Shown here piece by piece: positions 38,401-47,163 of a stretch of 64,000 nucleotides of DNA. Origin of the DNA: Azolla caroliniana (lineage: Eukaryota > Plantae > Polypodiophyta); NCBI GenBank assembly GCA_043228905.1, contig JBHGNT010000015.1, positions 12,028,001 through 12,092,000 on the forward strand. Reading direction: 5' to 3'. The position numbers were made by a program, and so were the translations under genes. The notes under the pieces are model-generated. The model was not told the origin of the DNA. It saw only the letters and a list, made by a program, of their open reading frames with translations, and searched no databases. Within the stretch, counting starts at the first letter, position 1. The number at the start of each line of letters is the position of its first letter.

Positions 38401-40844
38401 CAGTTCCGGCGTCTTCGGCACAGTAAACTCGAGCCGGATTCCCTTCGAGCGACAGTACTCTGCGAACTGCCCCCGGTATTCCCCTCCGTTATCCGCTCGT
38501 ATCGCTTTCAGCTTCTTGCCGGATTCTCTTTCCACTCTCGCGTGGAGTTCTTTGAAGACGGACAATACTTGGTCCTTTGTCTTCAACGGTGCCGTCCACA
38601 GCTTCCGGCTATGGTCATCTATGAATGTTACGAAGTACTGAGCTCCGCCATGTGACTTCGCTTCTACTTGACACACATCAGTGTGTACCAACTCCAATGG
38701 TGCGCTACGTCTCGTCGGTGGCCTTGAGTGGAAGGAGGTCCGGTTTTGCTTACCGGCCAGACAGTCGGTACACTTCCCCAGGTGTACGTGCTTTACCGGT
38801 ATCAGGTTGTCATCGGCAAGCCTCTTCATCCCCTTCTCACTCATGTGGCACAGTCTCTTGTGCCACAGCTCACCGGCAGTGTCGGCTGCCACGTTCAGCT
38901 CCTCCGGACATAGTCCGGAATTCATCAGGTACAGTGTATTGACCTTCCGGGCCCGAGCCACTATCAGGCTCCCTTTGCTGAACTTCATGACACCGTTCCG
39001 GATGCTACCCGTGTAGCCTTCATCATCTAGCCTCCCGGCCGAGATCAGGTTCAATCGGACCTCCGGAACGTGTCGAACATCCTTCAGCAGCATCTTGCAT
39101 CCGGTTGATGTCATCAGCCACACGTCTCCTATGCCGGCAATCCGGCATGTGCCTTCATTTCCCATTCGGACACAGCCGTGCTCACCGGCTGTGTAGGATG
39201 AGAAGTATTTCTTCTCCGGGGTCAGGTGGAACGACGCTCCGGAATCGACCACCCAGGTCATCTCTACACCGGCAAGGTTCAGCTCCCTCTCTTCGGTAAT
39301 GAGCATTATCTCTTCTTCACTTGCCGCGAGTGCCGTCGTTCCTTTCCGGTCCTGCCCTCGCCGATCCGGACCTCTCCGGTCCGTGGCTCCCCGGTATGCA
39401 CCGTTTCTCTCCGATGACTTCTTCGAATCGGTGTCGTCGGCTCCGTTGTCCTTTCGGTAATGCCGACAATTCTTCCGGAAGTGCCCCGGCTTCCCACAGT
39501 GGAAGCATGTGGGCCTTCCTCTTGACTGCGACCGGGTCCCCGACTTCTCCCGTCTTTGCGGACTCCGGTTCCATTGTCTTCCCCGATCCGATTCGGTAAG
39601 CAGCATCTTCGGATCGGAAACCGGTTCTTTATCTCTCCGACGCGCTTCTTCGTTCAAAATGCTTGTCTTTACCGTTTGTAGAGACAAGTTATCTTCGGTG
39701 CAGGAGGTGCTGAGAGTCACCACCAAGTTCTCCCAGCTTTCCGGCAATGTACACATCAGAATGATGGCTTGCATTGCATCCTCCAACGGGAACTTGATCG
39801 CCGCAAGCTGGTTCACGAATCCCATGAACGTGCTCACGTGTTCCACCATATTCTCGCCGTCCCGGTACTTGAGGTTCACTATCTTCCTCATCAGGGAGGT
39901 CCGGTTCAACGCATTCTTCCTCTCGTAGAGGCCCGACAGCTTCTTCCACATCTCATATGCGTTGGTGTCGTTCGCCACATGTTGTAGAACGCTTACATCG
40001 ACATATTGCCGGATCGTCGCTACGGCTTTCCGGTTCAGGAGCTTCCACTCCGACTCTATTACCCCCTTGGGTATCTCGGCATTGTCGATCGGTTCATACA
40101 GGTCTCGGACGATGAGAAGGTCTTCCATCTTTATCTTCCAGTCGGCGTAGTTCTGTGAGTTCAACACCATCATGCCCGGAGGCCCACTACCGCCGCCTTC
40201 CATTTTCTGTGTTACCGTCGCTCTGATACCAATTTGTTGCAAAACAGCGCTTGGTCACAAACCGAGGAATAGGATCAACTCACAGAAAAACGGGAAATAC
40301 AAAGTGCACGAGGACAATAGAGAGAGGAGTACACAGGATGTTTTACGTGGAAAACCCTAAATGGGAAAAACCACGGGAGTCCTCAAACTCCAACTATCAC
40401 TATAAACAGAGGTGTACAATGGTGAAGCTACAAGGCAACGACCTTGAGCTCACTGTCTTCGCCACAGGCGGCGGTGATACACAGAGATGTCGACCTCTTC
40501 GTTTCTCTCCCTCTCTCTCGGCTGCTCTCACTTTGCTCTCTCAGCTGAAAACATAAAAATGAGCAACAACATTTAAACTGTTTGCCCTAAGTCATATTTA
40601 TACACATATGACTTTCGGGCTATTTACAAATATAGCCTCAAGGGCTCTTGGCAAACATATTCACAAATATGTCCCCGCATCCGGATCTCTCTCCGGGTAC
40701 ATTCGTCATCCGGCTCCGTAACCGGGGACTTCAGCATCCGGCTCCGTAGCCGGGGTCTTCATCATCCGGCTCCGTAGCCGGGGTATTCATCATCCGATTC
40801 CTGGACATCCGACCATCCCATCCGGAGGGACCGTAATCCCAACA
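35482..40844 (-). mobile_element. Full-length intact Ty1/copia element B (copia A family)
   Basis: LTRs 40235-40844 (5') and 35482-36119 (3'). TSD ATCCG. PBS at 40220-40231 and PPT at 36120-36131. Confidence 0.98.
36130..40203 (-). CDS. gag-pol: Copia B Gag-Pol polyprotein, uninterrupted (1357 aa from MEGGGSG)
   Basis: Single ORF with CCHC knuckle, DSGAS protease, HHCC/DDE integrase, YVDD RT and RNase H. Confidence 0.96.
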   Translation of the reverse strand: MEGGGSGPPGMMVLNSQNYADWKIKMEDLLIVRDLYEPIDNAEIPKGVIESEWKLLNRKAVATIRQYVDVSVLQHVANDTNAYEMWKKLSGLYERKNALNRTSLMRKIVNLKYRDGENMVEHVSTFMGFVNQLAAIKFPLEDAMQAIILMCTLPESWENLVVTLSTSCTEDNLSLQTVKTSILNEEARRRDKEPVSDPKMLLTESDRGRQWNRSPQRREKSGTRSQSRGRPTCFHCGKPGHFRKNCRHYRKDNGADDTDSKKSSERNGAYRGATDRRGPDRRGQDRKGTTALAASEEEIMLITEERELNLAGVEMTWVVDSGASFHLTPEKKYFSSYTAGEHGCVRMGNEGTCRIAGIGDVWLMTSTGCKMLLKDVRHVPEVRLNLISAGRLDDEGYTGSIRNGVMKFSKGSLIVARARKVNTLYLMNSGLCPEELNVAADTAGELWHKRLCHMSEKGMKRLADDNLIPVKHVHLGKCTDCLAGKQNRTSFHSRPPTRRSAPLELVHTDVCQVEAKSHGGAQYFVTFIDDHSRKLWTAPLKTKDQVLSVFKELHARVERESGKKLKAIRADNGGEYRGQFAEYCRSKGIRLEFTVPKTPELNGLAERMNRTIMERVRSMLAHAKLPKGFWAEAMSTATYVINRSPSVPLDGDTPQKVWTGKEVSYRHLKVFGCLAYVHVAKDRRGKLDPKTRPCIFLGYGDDEFGYRVWDPVDKKIFRSRDIIVMEDKTLADWESEKKMKSSKSTGEDQLYEEQSRPARDRLALEDPAEDGEETEPAEEDETDTGTGPDPEMDSDEEETEEPITEAPERRYPLRERRAPRRFPEPEHVLLTDEGEPESFEEAKLDTHSRRWLSAMQEEMDSLHENHTYELVELPKGKRALRNKWVFKLKPGDVGNPPRYKARIVVKGFQQKKGVDFDEIFAPVVKMTSIRTVLSIAASVDLEVEQMDVKTAFLHGDLEEEIYMQQPEGFEKKGKEHLVCRLKKSLYGLKQAPRQWYRKFDSFMTDEGYHKTQSDHCVFVKKFEGGDFLILLLYVDDMLIVGRDQAKIRMLKKALHRTFSMKDLGPARQILGMHIIRNRKKKQLWLSQEKYVTKVLHRFNMSEARPVGSTLPANCKLSSKQSPKTKAEKEDMMKVPYASAVGSLMYAMVCTRPDIGYAVGVVSRYMSNPDKEHWNAVKWILRYVKGTANVCLRFGSGKPELDGFTDSDMSADADTSRSTSGYVMTYAGGAISWQSRLQKTVALSTTEAEYMAAVEAGKEIIWMKDFIRELGIRQEEYRLYCDSQSAIHLAKNAAYHSRTKHIQRRYHWIRERIEDKEFMLTKIHTDENGSDMLTKVLTPDKLEACRKRIGLERHPMPK

Positions 40845-40894
40845 ATCCGGGATTGGACAGTAGTGGCAACTGAGTATAGAATGATGGCAATGGA

Positions 40895-41302
40895 GGAGAG
40901 AACCCCGTCAGATTGAACAGTTATCGATGATGCTTGGAACGCACATAGAAGGCACCTGAGAGTAGAGTGGCACAGAGAAGAGAACCTCGTCAGATTGAAC
41001 AGTTGCCAATGATGCTTGGAACGCACAATAGCGGCCCCTGAGTGTAGAGTGGCATAGAGAAGAGAACCCTGTCAGATTGAGCAGCTCTTTGATGATGCTT
41101 GGAACGCACAGTACCGGCCCCTGAGTGTAGAGTGGCACAGAGAAGAGAACCCCGTCAGATTGAACAACTCTTTGATGATGCTTGGAACGCACAGTAGTGG
41201 CCCCTGAGTGTAGAGTGTCACAGAGAAGAGAACCCCGTCAGATTGAGCAGCTCTTTGATGATGCTTGGAACGCACAGTAGCGGCCCCTCAGTGTAGAGTG
41301 GC
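40895..41302. repeat. 83-bp tandem repeat (~5 copies), subterminal in the Sola2-like element
   Basis: cttggaacgcac recurs at 40933, 41015, 41098, 41181 and 41264. Confidence 0.92.
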
Positions 41303-41643
41303 GGCAGGTGGACTCGATAGGGTTTAGCAACAATGGTAGCAACTAACCCACAATACTCAACTAGAGATGGCCTACGTGATGTGGCAAAGGATCATGCATA
41401 ATGGACCTAGGAATTCGATATATAATTTATGGTACACATTTATGGTGCACACATCAATTTATGTTGCACATTTATGGCACTCATTTACATATGTAATTAA
41501 AACACTCTAGTATTTTCAATGGTAGTTTTTTGCATACTTAATTTATTAATGATGGCTTTTTACTAAAATGACTATTTATCAATGGTAGCTTTTTGCGTAG
41601 CTAATTAGCTATGTCAAGGACATAACTAATTGTTTCCACTCGC

Positions 41644-42696
41644 ATGCTTTCACCCATAGCGGCGAAGAGGAATTACACGACAACTGTGGGAATACGTGTC
41701 GGGGAGTCATCGGGAGCAAAGGTGTCTTTTTGGCCGGAAGTGCAAGAAAACACCGAGAAAACCGACTCTAACGAGATCCGAAGCACTGCGGAAGGCATCC
41801 GGGAAGCTACGGGATGGGAGGGCCCCGTCAATAAGAATAGCGTATACGCCCTATGTCAATTACATGAGGTATATGTGGACGAGAAGCGGCGATGCACGGA
41901 GGATGCGGCTGGACCATCGAAGACACCAAAGAGCTGGAACTCCGACGGAAGAGGGAAAGGAAAAACGATTCCGGCATTCAAGCTCGCCTCGGACATCGAA
42001 CAACAAACGGACTTGAAAAAGGTGTTCGAGGAGAGAATCCTTGACAGCCGGGTAGATTTTTCGCTTCGGGAACTACTAGGAATAGGAAAAAAAGAGTTCC
42101 ATGATCTTCTTGTGGATCTCGTAAAAAGAAAAAGACAAATTACGGAGGAAAATGCGCCGATGTTGAATGCAAATACCGTTCTGATGAACAACACCGAAGT
42201 GGAGGACGAGATTCCGAATTCCCACTATAAAAAGCCACACTAAGCGCGTGCAACTACGGAGACTCCGGTCCGAATCGGCAACATCAAAGAGCCCGTGCTA
42301 GCATTGATTGATCACGGATCGGAGATCAATTTGATGTCCAAAGAGTTCTACCGGAAGGGGAAGTGGCCTATTAACACCAATCATGGATGGAAGATCTGGG
42401 CGGCCACTAAAGCAACGGAAGATCTATTTGCGGCTTGTCCGAATGTGACGGTGAAGATCGGGGATGTCGAGATTGACCAAAATTTCTTCGTACAAGACGG
42501 GGTCTCACACTCCGTGATCCTCGGGCAACCCTTTATCATGGCATCACGGATGGAGACGAAGGTGCTCGATAGCGGTGCGGCTTTTGCGCGAATTCGGAGC
42601 CAAAACGGAGGGAAATCCGTCCAATTCCTAACGGTGCCGGCAAATCATGAAAGGAACAAGAGAGAGCTCTTGTCCCAAACAAAAATGGATTTTTAG
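41644..42696 (+). pseudogene. gag: G3 gag C-terminus plus protease
   Basis: Two in-frame ORFs separated by one stop (42241), ending ...KMDF*. Confidence 0.85.
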
Positions 42697-45600
42697 AGCG
42701 GATTGTTGCGGAGTGGGGAAGTGATAGTCCAAGAAGCCCTGATACCCCACACAGGAAGAAACCTCTCCGTGCAAAACAAGTACGAATCGGTCCGGATGGG
42801 GCATCCACGTACACGGCCGTAACCGAAGGAATGAAGAAAGAATACCGAAAAGTGGAGGATAAGTTACGGTCGGCATCAATAATAAAAGAAGACGAAGAAA
42901 TCGTGGGAATAGTCAAAGAAGTGTTCTATGGGAGCACACTACAACGGCTTGAAGAGCTCGCGGAAGATACAAGCCAGGGAAACCGGGTAATTCCGGTGGA
43001 GTCGGTCGAGATGTACGAGATCATTGTGAAAATGGGGCCGGATGCGCTCCACAAAGAAGAAGCAATGGTAAGTACGAAATACAAGACCGTGGAGAAGAAA
43101 GTGAAACCGGCTGCGGGACCCTTACCCGCAGATAGCGAACAAAAGAGGAAAGAAGTCTCGGGGGATCCGACGCTTCGGAAGTCCATGGATATCGGACATG
43201 CCTTCACGGATGAGACCCGGAAGAAACTTCGGATCGGTGGAGGTGGGTTCCTATTAAAGAATGAAGAAGAATGATTCCATGGGATGCTAGAGTGACATGG
43301 GAGAGCATTTGCATTTACATCGAAAGCAATAGGATGCGTTGACCCGAAGATAGTAGAGCCGATGGTGATCTTCACGATTGACCATGTGCCGTAGAACCTG
43401 AAGCCGATTCCGGTGCCACAGGCGCATATTCCGAAAATCATCGACTTGCTCAAGGAGAAGGTGGCGATGGGGATTCTAGAGCCATCAAATGCTCCGTACT
43501 CAAATAGATGGTTTACGGTTCCGAAGAAGAATGGGTCACTCCGATTTATTCAAGATTTGCAACCGGTGAACAAGGTCACGATCCGGAACTCCGGAGTCGG
43601 TCCGATAGTGGACGAATTTGCGGAAGCATTTGCCGGTCGTGCGATATACTTCATCGGAGACCTATACTCCGGATATGACCAATTCCAACTAGCTGTGAAG
43701 AGCCGAGACATCACTACCATGCGGAAACCGATAGGATTAGTTCAGATGTGTACACTACCACAAGGCGTGACGAACTCGGTCGCACATATGATGAATGCGA
43801 TGAACAAGGTGCTTCGAGACTGCATTCGGAGATAACGATGCCGTTCCTAGATGACATTCCAATGAAAGTATGCGCGGTAGAAGAAAAAGATGAAACTATG
43901 GATGATCGGGGATGCCGAAAGTTCGTAGTCGACCATATTCACGATTGCAAGAAAGTGCTTCGAAAGTTAGAAGATGTGCACCTAACACTTTCCGGTGAGA
44001 AATCGGCATTCGGGCAAGAAGAAATATTGGTAGTCGGACATCTATGCAGGCCCTACGGCCGAAGACTGTCACCAACCAAGATTGACACGATTCAAGCTAT
44101 AAAAGAAGTATGTGAATCACAATCCGAAGTTCGAAGGTTTCTTGGAGCATGTGCATTCTACCACATATGGATTCCGCACTATGCACATAGTGGACCCACT
44201 CTATCACTTGTTGCGGAAGGGTAAGAAGTTTGAATGGAAACCGGAGCATACCAAAGCCGTGAAGAAGCTCAAGAAATCACTACAGAGGGTAGAAGCACTA
44301 AAGAAGCCAAACTATGACTAACCGATCATAGTAACGGTTGACACAAATCCAACCGGAATCGGATGGGTCATCAATCAAGCCGATCCGGAAGGTTCGCGAT
44401 ATCCGATCCGATTCGGAGCAAAGGTTCTCAACGAAAGGCAACGCGGATATGCACAAGTTAAAAGAGAATTATGGGGAGTCGTGTCGGCGATCAAATTGGA
44501 TCGAGATTATTTGATCGGAGCCGAAGTAGTGATCGAAACGGATTTTCTTCCGATACTCGGGATGATGCGGTGTTGCACGATACCGGATGTGGCTATGCTA
44601 AGATGGATTGCATATGTTAAGTCGCTTAATCCGGAGGTACGACACATCTCCAGAAAAGACAACGCGGTAGCGGATATGTTATCAAGGGCACGGTTCGGAG
44701 TAACATAACTAAATCCGATAATGAAGAAGTTTCCGAAGACTACTTTGCTTCGGAGCACATATGCCGGGTGAACGTAATCCGAGAATTCCGGGAAGAAGAT
44801 TACGAGGGAGAAAGCTTGCTGATCGGGAAAGTAAGAAGAGAAGAGGAATCATCGGACAATAAAGAGAAGAGAGCCGAGATCCGAAGTAAGAAGCGGCAAG
44901 TCCGAAAGTTCTTCTTCAAAAATGGATTACTATGGAGGGAGCCAAAAAGACCGGATGGCATACCACTTCGAGTAGTCGGGACGAAAGAGCAACGAAACCG
45001 GATAATGTCTGAATTTCACGAATCCGATTGGGCTGGACATCGAGGAACATGGGCTACTTTTGTGAAAATCAAACAAAAATATTGGTGGAAGAACATGTAC
45101 AAAGATATAGCGGAGTTCACGGAAAGCTGCGAGAAGTGTCAAATCTACTCCAGAGTTCGACACCGAGATGAGTTACATCTGACATTCTCACCAACAATCA
45201 ACTTCAAATGGATGGTCGATATTGTAGCCATGCCAACCGGGATCAGACAAAAGAAGTACTTGGTGTTAGCTCGGGAAGATCTCACAAACCAAGTAGAAGG
45301 TTGGGCGCTACGGAGGAAAACGTGTTCTACGGTATGCCAATTCCTTTTGGAAGAAGTGTTTTGCAGGTATGGGTGTGTAGGACAAGTGATTGCGGATCGG
45401 GGAGAACTCGACTCTGATAAAGCTAAGGAATTCTTCACTAAACATGGAGTTCGGTTAACACTGACAACGGCATACAATCCAGAAGCCAACGGGAAGATCG
45501 AACGAGGACATAGTCGGATTGTCAAAGCACTTGTAAAGGCATGCGATGGAAGGGTGAAGGATTGGCCGCAGATGCTTCCGTATGCACTATGGGCGGATCG

Positions 45601-46216
45601 GACGACGCGTAGCTCCGTAACCGGTTACATGCCGGCAGAACTGGTAATGCCAACGAAAACCGCAATCGCGACATCGACAGTGCTACTGTGGAAGGAAGAG
45701 ATGAGCCGGGAAGAATTACTAGCGGTCTGGATACGACAACTAGAGGGAAGACCGGAAGACATAGCAGAAGCAATACGCTGACAACAAGAAACGCGATTCC
45801 GGAATAAAAGCCGGTTCGACACAAAGCACAGACTACGACCGCGGAAGATTGAAGAAGGAGATTGGGTGATTGTCTACGACAGTAGTTTGGATCATCAATA
45901 TACAACGATGCGGAAGTTCGTGAAAAGGTGGTTCGGGCCATACGAGGTTCAGAAAGTTTTCGACAACGGAACTTACCGACTATGCAAGTTGGATGGAACG
46001 ATGCTACGAGTGCCTATAGCCGGGAAATAGGTGAAGATTTTCAAGAAGCGGACTGAAGAAGAACCCTATGTGATCCTAGACAAGACCGACAAGAAGGAGC
46101 AATCGGACGAAGATCGTGGTGATGCGGAAAGCGAGGAAAGTGGATTACAACTCATAGTCGACTTAAGGGAAGAATTAGAGGAAGCTTCGAATGAAGCTTC
46201 GGATGAAGGCGAATAG
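42693..46216 (+). pseudogene. pol: G3 pol (RT-RH-INT), starting in the -1 frame, decayed
   Basis: Fragments 42831-43274, 43413-43835, 43748-44224, 44481-44708 and 44768-45781 carry RT/RH/INT motifs. Confidence 0.9.
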
Positions 46217-47163
46217 CACGCATCGGGGACTTCGGCACATACCGAAGGATGTGCGGGTTCGGAGGGGGTGAGTGTCGTAGTGTAATTCGCACACTACGTG
46301 AAAAATTACATTTTGGGTTCTCCGGATAGGATATGGAGTACCTAGTGAGAACCGGAAGGAAGAACCGGTGAGGATCAAAACCGGTAAGGAGGCCCGGCAA
46401 GAGCCAAATGAAGAAGGCCGGTGAGAGTCGGTGAGAAACGGACGAAGAGGACCGGTAAGGAGGATCCGGTAAGAACCGGATAAAGAAAACCGGCGAGAAC
46501 CAGATGAAGCAGAACCGGCAAGAGCCGGATGAAGAAGGCCGGTGAGAGTTTCTCACCAGATGAAGAGACATATTTGTAAAGAGAAGAAAGTATAAAATTA
46601 TATATTACATGCATAGGGCAAGATTCGAACCTTGCACCTCCATGTTAATAATGTTAAGCCTTATCATTATACTAGTGTATTATGAATTTTAAAGTTATAC
46701 TAAACTTTATCCCATGTAAATATTCTAGACATGCATGGTACAAAAAGTTATTCATGCATAGACACTCGAGTTAAAAGAAAAGATGAGATAGAAAGCTAAT
46801 CATGCAAATGCAGTGTGCATGAAAACTAAAGATAGGAAAAGCATGATGCTTGCATGGGATAAACTTAGACTCTTCCAACACTATATAAGGAAGAGAGAAA
46901 GATGTATAGAGTTTTGTTGATTAGTTTTACAAGGGTTGATTAATATAATATAATCGTGGGATCCACGAGTTTGCTAACTATTTTTCCTCTCTTAAATTGA
47001 GTACTCACTAATACACTATACTCGTGGGATTCACGAGGTTTTCATATCTTCCTTTCTTACAATTTATTTCATATTCTTAATTGCCTTAGAATTTTCTTTC
47101 CTCCTAGTCCAAAACCCCAGTGGTTCCCACCCGACTCACGCAACGATTCGGAGCCGTAAGGCA

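Larger units (their letters stand above)
31607..41641 (-). mobile_element. Sola2-like DNA transposon (one end lost), interrupted by copia B
   Basis: AT-rich block with a DDD transposase. Candidate terminus GAGTGGAAACAATTAG.. at 41641 fits the Sola2 5'-GRG end. The second TIR was not found. Confidence 0.62.
41642..47163 (+). mobile_element. Ty3/gypsy element G3 (5'-truncated), distinct lineage
   Basis: PR LIDHGSEINL, RT YSNRWFTVPKKNGSLRFIQDLQPVN..DLYSGYDQ..FLDD, RH and INT. PPT GGAGGGGGTGAG at 46261-46272. 3' LTR 46273 to ~47163. Confidence 0.9.

Noticed and set aside
40895-41302. CRISPR-like 83-bp periodicity
   Set aside because: The whole unit is repeated and there are no unique spacers.
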